Below, in pieces: positions 12,752 to 26,339 of a stretch of DNA of 64,000 bases. The notes under the pieces are model-generated. The model saw nothing but the letters and a program-made list of their open reading frames with translations, searched no databases and had not been told where the DNA came from. Numbering within the stretch: position 1 is the first letter of the stretch; the number at the start of each line of letters is the position of its first letter. Position numbers and translations under genes: made by a program. This stretch comes from Eledone cirrhosa (Eukaryota): positions 264,492,001 to 264,556,000 of the forward strand of contig OZ024741.1 of the NCBI GenBank assembly GCA_964016885.1, given 5' to 3'.

Positions 12752-13228
12752 ATAATAATAAATTTGAAGACTAAAATCCAAAGAGGGCTCGATAAGGATA
12801 AATATATATCAAATATATAAGAACCGTAGAGCAAATATTTATTAAAATAACAGCTTATTATTATGTGGTGGTTGAGGGTCCAGTCAGAAGTAGCCGTCTA
12901 GTTTCAGAAGATCCCGTTAAGGGTGAAAGCAGCGATTCTTTGCTTAAACTTTAATCTGTTATTTTAATAAATATATATATATATATTTTTTTTTTCAATC
13001 ACATATATATTTTTTTATTTGTTTGACCCGAATTACTTCATCGTTTTTTTTTTTTTTTTTTTTTGGGGGGGGGGGGGGGGGTGTACGGATGATTGTTTAA
13101 CCATCGTCTCAGTGTGTTTGGCCTTTAGCGTTTGTTATAGCTCTGGTTTATCTGAATCATTGAACACTTGCCACACATCTCGGAGGTTGTTTTTCGTTAT
13201 TTCGTGGGCCGAAATGCGATTCTCGATA

Positions 13229-13319
<91 letters not shown>

Positions 13320-14119
13320 ACTACATTATTGTTTTACTTTGAAACAACAAATGTTTTCATCTTCTGTAAAGAACGACAAAGTTCTCCATTCTCTCCGCCA
13401 CCTTTTGAACCTTTCGTGTGTGGGGGAGATTTTTCTTTTGCGGGTAGTGTGCTTTTGTTGAATTATTTGACAGTTTAAAATATGTGGTGGTTGAGGGTCC
13501 AGTCAGAAGTAGCCGTCTCCAACTGATCCGGCTGGATACCCAAGCTGGATATCAGCCAAGCTCATGGATGTTAACCAACCATCTTCTTCAGGGTCTGCCC
13601 CTGTGTCTCCTGCTAGTTGGTGAAAATAGATGAAACTTTAACATGACTTCATATTGGAGAGGTTTGTGAAAAGTGGGAGAAAGCGTATTTGTTTTCTAAT
13701 AAAGAGCTTACCAATATTGAGGTGGAATATTATCAGACAAAAATGACAGATCAAATATTCAAACAACAACAAATAAAAATAGTGGAATTAAAACCATATA
13801 TTTACATAAACCTCCAGATCGATATCTACGTTTGCATATACTTAAATAAACCTATAGATCGATATCTATGGCTGCATATACTTAAGTAAGCCTATATATC
13901 GATATCTATGGCTGCATATAATTAATTAAGCCTATAGATCAATATCTACGATTGCATATGCCTACATAAAAGTATATTCAATACTAAAGGTCACATTTTT
14001 AAATAACACAAATCAACATTTTTTATCAACATATTACTGTCAATCTTATTGGTCAGCTGTACTCATCAGCAGTTGAAAAGAGGTGTAAACACACATATAT
14101 ATATATACATTTATACATA

Positions 14120-14475
14120 CATACATGATGGCTGCCCCCTCGTTATCGAGTATGACCATTGCACGATATACCATTATTAATAATTATTAATTAATTCTAT
14201 CGAGTAATGCCTGTGCATGAAGATATTTATTAAAGTGAGGAAAGACTGTGCACTGAGCCAATCCCACTCTCTGAACAACAGTAGCTATAACCCGAAAAGA
14301 AGAAAAGATCAGCATCATCGGTAACTACTGAGACGCGGGTTTTATGTTGGAGTTATTCCAGTTTCCTGAGTTGCCTTCTCCTAGAAGAATGCCCTGACAA
14401 AGGCTAAGGGTCCTTCACTCCCAGTGGTTTAACCGCGCGATTGGGTATCCAGCTCGATTATTTCTATGTCCCAGC
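14120..14475 (-). mobile_element. RTE-related short/non-autonomous retroelement; relatives at 22980-23270 and 46190-46660
   Basis: Shared gtaatgcctgtgc.tgaag..ttt.aagtg.ggaaag...tgcac..gccaatcccactctctga block in three places, next to (CATA)n/(TA)n tails; RTE assignment from recalled similarity. Confidence 0.5.
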
Positions 14476-14899
14476 GCATGCATGCATGCATGCATACATA
14501 CATACATGGTGGCTGCCAACTCGTTTTCGAGTACGGCCACTACTTTATATCCATGTAGGAGAACCCCTACCGATGCGCTGAACGAGTGTGACTTTTTAGT
14601 CCAGCCAGCGACTTGAAAACTCTGGTACAAACATTACACTTGTGACAATTATTGACCATGGTACAATGTGACGACAAGTGCAGAGAGATCTCCAGATATA
14701 AAGCAATGCATACATACATACATACATACATATATAGACAGTCAACGCGATCAGTCGCAATTTTTGGTGTGGGAGACTATTCATTAAATTTAAGATGAAT
14801 ACTATCTCCGACAGTAATGCCACAATTACCAGTGATGTTGAATAACTGAATATTCTTCTGACTATATCTACTGAAGACAACTTTTATTCGAATTCGTGG

Positions 14900-16384
14900 A
14901 GATATCAGACTAAATACGTAATTCATTTTACAAGGATTTGCTACAAACAGCATGGCTGAACACAACATCAATGGAGTACCGAAGAAAAACAAGAAAGGTA
15001 AAGAAAATTTATTCAGTTGTAGCTACAGAAGAAACCGAAATTATAAATCGCATTTCTCTTGGAGTTGCGAAATTAATGATGATTTATTTAATTGTTATAA
15101 AATGGCAAAAAACAATCCCTCCATTGGCTATATCAACAGAAGGAAGCTACACTGGGACGAAATACATCCAGAGCTAAATCACTTCACAGCGAAACAATTA
15201 CGCCAGCAAGCGACGTTTGTTGAACGTAAAAATAAGATAAATATTATTAATTGTAAGTCCCCCACAACAAACATGGAATCATCAACAGGTCGCCATGCTA
15301 CTAGACTTCCTAGCAGCCATGCCTGTAAGAAATTTGACACCACGTGTACCATCTAAGTCTACCTCGAATGCTGCGGAAAACACTATCGATAATAATAATA
15401 ATCGAAGAAATAATAATAATAATCGGATAATTTGATACCACGTGTACCATCCGAGTCTACCTCTACTATTGTGGAAAATACTATCGATAATGATAATAAT
15501 CAAAAGTATAAACAATTGAAAATTTCCCTCGACGAAATCTTCCAGAGAGAAATTAATTCATGTATAAACATTTCTCTTGCTATAAACATTTGTATAAACA
15601 TTTGTATAAACATTTCTCTTAAAACAATATTTAATAAAAAAAAAAAATAAAAAAAAAAAAAAAAAGGAAATATTACGTGTTATTGACGAAATAGGGGATG
15701 AATATTTACGACGGATAAAAACCCCAACATTTTGGCAAATCAACGCCTCTTTATATGTCTTAGCAACGACAGTGAAGCATTATCTCGGTGATAGCAGAGA
15801 TATTAACAAGAACAAAACACCACCAAAAATACCATCATATATAACTAAAATAGAAGAATTTCAACCAAGATGCAGTGTGGCTAAAAGAAATCTAAAAGAA
15901 CTATTGCTCCTACACTACAACAAAAACATACGAAATAAGTGAGGGTACCCTTGAGACTGTGATAAGAAAACTCCAAGATAAGAAAACACCAGGAAGAGAC
16001 ATGATTGTCGGCTACTGGTACAAAAAAACTGATATTCTATCGGAGGTATCTTACCGACCTCTACCAACAAGTTCTTAAGGAAGATACACTTATACCAGAA
16101 TGGTTGACATTAGCACAAACATTATTGGTCCCCAAGAACAAAGACACCCACCTGGCAAAAACTACCGACCCATTACATGCCAGAACCTGATGTATAAGAT
16201 GTATACAGCCTGCCTGAATCTATTCCTCCAAGATCACTGTGAAAATAATAACATCATCACAGATGAACAAGCAGCTGGAAAAAAGGGGTTTGGGGATGTA
16301 CTGAACAACTCCTAATAAACAAAACTGCGATGTCGGGGCTGCGACAACTTAGGAGGAATATGGCTACAGTCTGGCTGGACTACA
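14900..16384 (+). pseudogene. Decayed R4/Dong-like non-LTR retrotransposon ORF (N-terminus and start of RT)
   Basis: W..E.N..L..CY..A....GY..R....W...HP....KQLRQQ N-terminal motif; IPEWL...TLLVPK, NYRPITC, EQ.AG.KG, MATVWLDY; frameshifted and cut off by satellite. Confidence 0.8.
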
Positions 16385-19360
16385 CACATACATACACATA
16401 TACACTCACACACATGCATACATACATACGCATACACATACATATATACACTCACACACATATATACACATATATATACACACATATACACACACATACA
16501 CACATATATACACACATACACACATACATACAAACATACATACACACACTCACATACACATACATACATACACATACACATACACACACATATACACTCA
16601 CACACATATATATACACACATACATACATACATGCATACACTCACATACACATACATACTCACGCACACACACATACATACACACATATATACACACACA
16701 TACACGCATATATACACACATACACTGATACATACATATACACACATATACACACATACACTCACACACACATACACACATACATACACACATACATACA
16801 CATACATAACACATACATACATACATACATATGCACAGACACACATGCATGCACCCACACACACATACATATGCATGCACAACCCCCCCCCCCCCGTACA
16901 CATATACACATACACACATGTATGTACCCGCCCACACACACATACATATATATATATACAGATATATAGACATACATAGACACACATACATACATACATA
17001 CCTTCACACACATATATACATACACACATTCATACACATACATATACATACATATACACATAAACACACACACATACATACACACACACATGCATCCATC
17101 CCCACTCCATACATGCATGCATCCACCCCATCCAACACACATACATACATATGCATGTACACACACATACACATACATTCATATACATGTACCCACACAT
17201 ACACACACATACATACATATGCATGTACCCACACATACACACACACATACATACATATGCATGTACCCACACATAGACACACATTCATACATATGCATGT
17301 ACCCACACATACCCACACATACACACATATGCATATACCCACACATACACACATACATACATATGCATGTAACCACACATACACACATATACATACACAT
17401 ACAGATGCATGTACTCACACATACACACACATACATTCATATGCATGTACCCACACGTACACACACATACATACATATGCATGTACCCACACATACACAC
17501 ACATACATACATATGCATGTACCCACACGTACACACACATACACACATATACATGTACCCACACGTACACACACATACACATACATACATATACATGTAC
17601 CCACACATACACACACATACATATGCATGTACCCACACATACACACACATACATACATATGCATCTACCGACACATACCCACACATACACACATATACAT
17701 GTACCCACACATACACACACATACACACATATACATGTACCCACACGTACACACACATACACATACATACATATACATGTACCCACACATACACACATAC
17801 ATATGCATGTACCCACACATACACACACATACATATGCATGTACCCACACATACACACACATACATACATATGCATGTACCCACACATACCCACACATAC
17901 ACGCATATACATGTACCCACACATACACACACATACACACATATACATGTACCCACACGTACACACACATACACATACATACATATGCATGTACCCACAC
18001 ATACACACACACATACATATGCATGTACCCACACATACACACACATACATATGCATGTACCCACATATACTCACACATACACACACATACATACATATGC
18101 ATGTACCCACACGTACACACACATACATATACATACATATACATGTACCCACACATACACACACACATACAGATGCATGTACCCACACATACACACACAT
18201 ACACACATATGCACACGCATACATACATATGCATGTATCCACACATACCCACACATACCCACACAAACACACACATACATATGCATGTAATCACACTTAC
18301 ACACACATACACATACATACATACGTATGTACCCACACATACACACACACATACATACATATGCATGTAACCACACATACCCACACATACATACATATGC
18401 ATGTAACCACACATACACACACATACATACATACGCATGTACCCACACATACACACACATACATACATATGCATGTAACCACATATACACACACATACAC
18501 ATACATACGCATGTACCCACACATACACGCACACATACATACATATGCATGTACCCACACATACCCACACATACACACACATACATACATATGCATGTAC
18601 CCACACATACACACACATACATATGCATGTAACCACACATACACACACATACACATACATACGCATGTACCCACACATACACACACACATACATACATAC
18701 GCATGTAGCCACACATACACACACATACATACATATGCATGTACCCACACATACACACACATACACACACATACATATGCATGTAACCACACATACACAC
18801 ACATACATACGCATGTACCCACACATACACACACACATACATACATACGCATGTACCCACACATACACACACATATACATACATACGCATGTACCCACAC
18901 ATACACACACACATACATACATACGCATGTAGCCACACATACACACACATACATACATATGCATGTACCCACACATACACACACATACATATGCATGTAA
19001 CCACACATACACACACATACATACGCATGTACCCACACATACACACACACATACACACACACATACATACATACGCATGTACCCACACATACACACACAC
19101 ATACATACATACGCATGTAGCCACACATACACACACATACATACATATGCATGTACCCACACATACACACACATACACACACATACATGTACCCACACAT
19201 ACACACACATACATATGCATGTAACCACACATACACACACATACACATACATACGCATGTACCCACACATACACACACATACATACATATGCATGTAACC
19301 ACACATACCCTCACATACACATACATACACATGTACCCACACGTACACACACATACATAT
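16385..19360. repeat. CA-rich minisatellite built on atgcatgtacccacacatacacacacat (~30-36 bp)
   Basis: Directly visible tandem units. Confidence 0.95.
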
Positions 19361-20040
19361 ATATGTACATCATGTTTGTAAGTGTGTATATTTCGTACAC
19401 TAGCTACACCTGTAACATAACCTCTCTCTCTACCCCTCTCTTTCTCCTTCTCTCTTACGCTCTCTCTCTCTCTCACTCTCTCTCTCTGCCTGTCTGTTAG
19501 TCTCTACCTCACCCTCTCTGTCTTTGTTCGACTCTCTCTCCCTAATTTTCTAGATATCTCTCTATATCACTCTCCTTTTTTTCTTGTCACTCTCTCTCTC
19601 CTCTTTTCTAGTTCTCTCTCCCACCCTCCCTCTCTCTCTCTCTCTCCTCTTTTCTAGTTCTCTCTCCCACCCTCTCTCTCTCTCTTTTTCTTGTCACTCC
19701 CACTCTCTCTCTCTCCCACCCCCACTCATCTCACTCTCACCCTCTTTTTCTTGTCACTTTTTCTCTCTTTCTCCTCTTTTCTAGTCCCCCCCCCCTCTCC
19801 CTCTTTGTCCAACACCCCCCCTCTCTCTCTTTCTAGCTCGCTCAGTCCCCCCTCTCTCTCTCACCCTCCTCCTCTTTCTCGACGCCAGTCATTTTAACAA
19901 ATCTATTTCAAACACACAACCATTGAATCTCAGGACAACAAAATAAAAATACCAAAACGAGGCTCCTATGTCAAAACGAGGCTGTTATGTCAAAATTATG
20001 TCGCTTAATTGATTTCAAAAATATTTTTATTGCTTTTAGT

Positions 20041-20441
20041 ATTACTTTTTCAAATTTCATTTGAAAAGGAAAATCAGAGTGGATAGGGAAGTGCTTCCTT
20101 CCCAGCATTTTGTTGAAAGTTGGGTGAGAGAGACGAGAAGGGCGCGCGTGAATAGGCCTGCTTTGAGTATGGGTCTGTAGATTGGAGGTGGTAACTTGGG
20201 AGAGGGCACTTGTCCTGGTGGTCAGGGTCACCGTGGCTATATGTGGGATATTTCCACGAGAGACCCTTGGAGTCTCTTCAGCTTTCGGGATATTGCTGTT
20301 TGTTTTTTAAATGTTTTTTTTTCTTAATGTTATTAATTTTATTTTACACAAAAAAATCCCACACTGTATCATCCTGTACCGTCTTTAATGTTTCCTTAAT
20401 GTGAACCTTGTGTGGCTAATAAAGAAATTATTATTATTATT
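20041..20441 (+). mobile_element. 5'-truncated Tx1 3' end (third subfamily) with (ATT)n tail
   Basis: Translates YFFKFHLKRKIRVDREVLPSQHFVESWVRETRRARVNRPALSMGL*, matching the ORF2 C-terminus; ends gtggctaataaagaa(att)n. Confidence 0.85.
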
Positions 20442-20570
20442 TATGGCCCTTTGCGTTCTGAGTTCAAATTCCGCCGAGGTTAGCTTTTCCTTTCATCCTT
20501 ACAGGTTCGATAAAATAAAGTACCAGTAATACACTGAGGTAATTGCTGGCCTTGTGCCAAAGTAGAATTC
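20442..20570 (+). mobile_element. tRNA-SINE fragment
   Basis: ctgagttcaaattccgccgagg..ctttcatcc..tcgataaaataaagtaccag core. Confidence 0.75.
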
Positions 20571-21019
20571 ATTTTTACTTTTAATTATTATTTTTGTTGT
20601 TTTTAAATCAATTTTCTATTTATCATCACAGCAATTATTTCATTAGTTTTGAAATGAACAGAGAACTTTACACACACACATACAGAGGCACATTTACACA
20701 CATACACACACGTACAGAGGCACATACACACACATACACACACACATACATACACATGTGCAGACACACACACAGGCACACATGTACACACAAGCATACA
20801 ATCGCACATGTACATACACACACACATGTATACACACATGTACACAGGCAGACAGACACACACACGTACGGAGACACACGCGCACAGTCACACACACACA
20901 CATACAGAGTCACATTTATACCCCAAATAAAAGTATGTTTTACATTAAAGGATTAGAATATATTTCAGAAGACATAATAGACGAAAGGAAAACAGCAGGA
21001 AAATACTATTACTTTGTGC

Positions 21020-21047
21020 CTACTACTACTACTAATACCACCACCAA

Positions 21048-21096
<49 letters not shown>

Positions 21097-22015
21097 GCTA
21101 CTACTACTACTACTATTACTACCACTACCACTACTACTACTACCACTATTACTACTACTGCTACTACTAATACCACTACCACCACCAATACTACTACTAC
21201 TACTACTACTACTACTAATAATAATAATAATAATAATACTGGTACTACTACTACTACTGCTGCTACTACTACCACTGCCACTACTAGTACGACTACCACT
21301 ACCACTACCACTACCACTACTACTAGTACTACTACTAGTACTACTACTACCACTACCAATACCACTACCACTATTACTACCACCACCACAACTAACACCA
21401 TCCCCACTATCGTCACTACCACCATCACCACCACTACCACCGCCACCACCACTAACACCACCACCACCACTAACACGACTACTACCACCACCACCAACAC
21501 CACCTCCATCACCACCACCACTACCACCACCACCACCACCACTAACACCACTAACACCACCAGCACCAGCACCACCAGCACCACCATCACCACCACTAAC
21601 ACCACCACCACCACTACCAACACCACCACCACTACCATCACCACCACCACCACTAACACCACCACCACCACCACTACCATCACCACCACCACCACCACTA
21701 ACCACCACCACTGGCACCATCACCACCACCACTACCACTACCACCACCACTAACACCACCTCCACCATCACCACTAACACCACCACTACTACCATCACCA
21801 CCACCACTACCACTACCACCACCACTAACACCACCTCCACCATCACCACTAACACCACCACTACTACCAACACCACCACCACCACCACTACCATCTCTAA
21901 CACCACCACCACTAACACCACCTCCACCACCAACACCACCACCACCACCATCACCACCACCACCATCACCACCACAACTGCCACTACCACCACCACCATT
22001 ACCACCATCATCACT
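21020..22015. repeat. (ACT)n/(ACC)n trinucleotide tract
   Basis: Directly visible; produces the poly-T/V/P artefact ORFs. Confidence 0.95.
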
Positions 22016-22077
22016 ATTTCCATCAAAGCTATTAAATTAATCTAGGAATTAATAGTTATAAGTTAATGTTGTTTCAG

Positions 22078-22340
22078 ATGTCCTTACTGAAAGATCGTCC
22101 TATCGACCCAATTTCCAACAATATTCTTCACTGTCAAATCTCTCTGACTCACAGTTCCGTCACCAAAGAATGTCTGTTATTCCTGATTGTAGTTTCTTCA
22201 AACAAAAAAAGAAATCATCCAAAATGGCGCACGTTTTTCATCGCTGTAATAAAGTTTTACAGATTGATTTTGATATTCGTTGTGCAAAAGAAAGAAATTA
22301 TGTACTACCGGATGTACTGCTTTGCGCCTGCGTTGAATGA
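22078..22340 (+). CDS. Possible terminal coding exon of an unidentified host gene
   Basis: Unique-complexity island after tgttgtttcAG; open frame VLTERSSYRPNFQQYSS...RMSVIPD...LLCACVE*; no homology recognised. Confidence 0.25.
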
Positions 22341-23327
22341 GATGATAGTATCGGATATTTGGGTGTATATGATAGACGCTAAATAGTGTGCTATTTGCCC
22401 TTATTAATCAAGGCATCAAGCGTGTAGATTTTTACGCATGCGCGCACTGATAGTCATGTATAAATGCACGCAGTCATACATGGACACACGCGCGCAAACA
22501 TTCATACATGCACACAAGCACACACACACGCACGACACACGAACACACACACATACACATGAATTTGTGTTTCATTGTGTAAAATATATTAATATATATT
22601 TACATATTCATATATTATATATTTGTACATTGATAAATACATACATACATGCATACATACATACAAACAAACATACATACATACATACATACATATATAC
22701 ATACATACAAATGTACATACATACATGTATGCTTACATGCATGCATGCATCCATCTATGCATACATGCATACAAACATAGATACATTCATAGATACATAC
22801 ATACATACATACATACATACATACATACATACATACATACATACATACATACATACATACATACATCCTTCAAAATTTGCAAAACATTCTTGCGATTCAA
22901 GGGATGACAATTTCTTTTCATTTACAACCTTGCCACCAGGAATATACTCGAAATTAAGAGAAAGAGAAAACATACATACATGATGGCCCCAACTCGATTT
23001 CGAGTAATTCCATCGCTTGAAACTTAAGCATGGGCATCACGGAGTTGGCATTTTAGTTCTGAAAGGGACTTGCCTGTGGCTAGCAATACCATGCATCACA
23101 AGCAATGTCACATATCAAGTAATGCCTGTGCTTGAAGCTTTTTTAAGTGAGGAAAGGCTTTGCACGGAGCCAATCTCACTCTTTGAACATCGAATGCATT
23201 TGCCCCAAAAGAAGAACTGGTCTACATCATTGGATGCAAACGAAGTCGCATTGATCTTCTAGAGAGATATCTTAATGAAGACAAGGATTCTCGCTCCACA
23301 AAAAAACATACATCGGGATTTTACATA

Positions 23328-23839
<512 letters not shown>

Positions 23840-23878
23840 ATATTAAATAAATGGACACTATATTTATAAAACCATATT

Positions 23879-23943
23879 TATTTTATTATATATATTTCAA
23901 GGGCAACCAAGACAACATTGGCACGCTTTCATCAGGTAAAGTA
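23879..23943 (-). ncRNA. Hammerhead ribozyme in the inverted pLTR
   Basis: Reverse complement of the 44074-44138 motif; CTGATGA and GAAA cores intact. Confidence 0.7.
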
Positions 23944-24416
23944 CAAAGTTTGTTTTATAAATATCCATGAAAAACATACCTTATCGGTTGGAAATTAACT
24001 GGATGGTGGAAATATATTAGGGATTATTCAAACTTATGTGTGAATATGCAAATGAATATGTAAATAATTGAAAATCAACCGTTTATTTAAATGACACTGG
24101 AGAAAGAGAGAAAAAAGGGAGATAGAAAAAATAAAAATATTACGAGAGAGATAGAGAGAAGAAATTAACAAGAGGATGAATAAAACTCATATAACGTAAT
24201 TTGGGGGAAATATATTCTAAGTATATATGTAATGTTACGTGTATTTACAAGAAATTAGTTGTTAAAATTCTTCTCTAATATCATATTTTCTGTTATAAGT
24301 ATATAGAAAATAAGTATATAGAAAAATAAATATATAGAAAAATAAATAGATAGAAGAATAGATAGAAAAGTAGATCGAAAAATAAAAAATAAATAGAAAA
24401 ATAAATAAATAAATAA

Positions 24417-24789
24417 ATGGTCTATAAATGTACAGTCAAAACCAGTGATAATATATTTAACTATGTAGGTGCAACTTTTACAGAATTTAAAAGTCGCTGG
24501 AATAATCACAAATGCTCTTTCCAAAGATTTGATAAAAAATCTTCAACTCCTCTTTCAAACCTGATATGGAACTTAAAAGACAAAAAATATGGACTATTCT
24601 TCAACTTGGGAAATAATTTCAAAAGCACCCGCGTACCGAAACACAGCTTTATCTAGATTTTGGACATTGTGTGTTGAGGAATTTTTTTTCATACTTATAT
24701 GTAAGAACTCTATTAATGTAAGAACAAATTTATTTAGTTCTTGTAGACATCGCCAGAATTCAACATTTAGGACTATATATAAATTATAA
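24417..24789 (+). pseudogene. Penelope GIY-YIG endonuclease C-terminal fragment (frameshifted)
   Basis: VYKCTV....NYVGAT..EFKSRWNNHK.SF......ST.LS..IW.LK; WEII..A; LC.EE; N.R....S.CRH. Confidence 0.85.
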
Positions 24790-25299
24790 TTACACTTATA
24801 ATATTTCTACTTATTTCCATAACAATCTTACCCACTTGGTTTTAATATATTGATATCTCTAAATCATATCTATAACATTTGCTATAATTTCACTTCTTAA
24901 AGTTTCTTTAAAAATATAACTTTTAAATTTAAATTTAAATTTTAATTTTAATTTTAATTTTAATTTTAATCTTAATAATTTTGAATTCTTTATTTTTTAT
25001 TTCTTTAATTTTTTATATATTTTAAAAAATTATTTTTTTTTTTTAAATTACTTGTCTCTTATAAATTATTTTTTTTTTTAATTTTCCAGAATTTTTAATA
25101 TTTTTTAATATTTTTTCAATATTTTTAATTAGTTTTATAACCACTAACTAATTCTGGCTAAATATATCTTTCAACATTTATAGTCTCATACTAACGAATA
25201 AATAAACAAAACTTACATTGAATACAAAACCAATATCCTTCATAACTCATTAAAACAATTATCTATAACACGATATACCCATATACCCATCTATTCATT

Positions 25300-25865
25300 T
25301 ATTTATATATTTATCTATTTATTTATTTATTTATTTTTTATTTTTTTATTTTTTTTTTTTATTTTGTATTATTTATTTATTTTTATTTTTTTTTTACTTT
25401 TTATTTATTTATTTTTTATTTTTTTTATTTTTTTTTTTATTATTTTTTTTTATTTATTATTTTTTTTTTTTTATTTATTTTTTTTTATTTATTTTTTATT
25501 TTTTTTTTTTTATTTTTTATTTTTTATTTTTTTTTTTTTATTTTTTATTTATTTTTTTTTTTTTTTTTTTTTATTTTTTGTTTTTTATTTTTTATTTTTT
25601 ATTTTTTATTTTTTATTTTTTATTTTTTATTTTTTATTTTTTATTTTTTTTTTTTTATTTATTTTTTTATTTTTTTTTTTATTATTTTTTTTTTTTTTTT
25701 ACTTTTAATTATTTTTTATTTTTTATTTTTTATTTTTTATTTTTTATTTTTTATTTTTTTTTTTTATTTTTTTTTATTTTTTTTTTTATTTTTTTTTATT
25801 TTTATTTTTTTATTATATTTTTTTTTTTTTTTTTTTAATTTATTTTTTTTTTTTTTTTTTTTTTT
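25300..25865. repeat. T-rich (TnA) low-complexity tract, left flank of the array
   Basis: Almost only T runs punctuated by single A. Confidence 0.9.
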
Positions 25866-26128
25866 TGCCGAGAAGCACAGGGTAGTTCAGGATTGGTGGG
25901 GTACCCGAGTCACTCCAGGGTCGTCCACCCCCTATCGGGGAATTTATTTTGTTATATTTATGCATAGTTTATTTTATATTTTTATATTTTCATTGTTAAA
26001 TTAGTCTTGCCATTGTGCACTTTTACTCGACCTTATTGTAAACCCCCACTGTCCCTGTCTTTGTATTGTCCCCTACATGTCGGCCCTTGTGGCTAATAAA
26101 TGAAATCATTATTATTATTATTATTATT
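25866..26128 (+). mobile_element. 3' UTR fragment of a diverged Tx1 subfamily with (ATT)7 tail
   Basis: Similar but not identical to the 3' UTR at 31700-31943 (..cggcccttgtggctaataaatgaaatc(att)7). Confidence 0.85.
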
Positions 26129-26339
26129 GACGAAAGTGGATGTACGTTTTTTGAAGCTCCGTGAGTAAGCAATTTTTTGAGGATTAATTGTAGAGAATTG
26201 TTTATTTTTTGTACCGCTGAAGCATTATAAGACATTAATTTGTATCCTGTGAAGGAATAACTCATAATATTTGGGCCTTTTGGCCCAAATATTTGAACTT
26301 TATTTTGAAAAAAAATAATAATTTTTTTCTCAAAAAAAC

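Noticed and set aside
13480-13620. Possible minus-strand hammerhead (CTGAAGA)
   Set aside because: No correctly placed GAAA/UH and no stem I partner found
16312-19476. Numerous long His/Thr/Tyr or Val/Cys/Met ORFs (also 1837-2709, 10900-12168, 55800-57200)
   Set aside because: Micro/minisatellite artefacts, open in several frames at once
20758-22045. Mucin-like poly-Thr, poly-Pro and poly-Val ORFs (also 53212-53823)
   Set aside because: Trinucleotide repeat tracts with no supporting exon structure
26272-26287. Histone 3' stem-loop-like GGGCC-TTTT-GGCCC
   Set aside because: Does not match the GGYYYT-TTYH-ARRRCC consensus and lies in a 5' UTR
25866-26339. LTRs flanking each 5.8-kb unit
   Set aside because: The repeated block is a 3' UTR-(ATT)n-5' UTR junction of tandem LINEs; ORF2 is APE-RT with no integrase, protease or PBS
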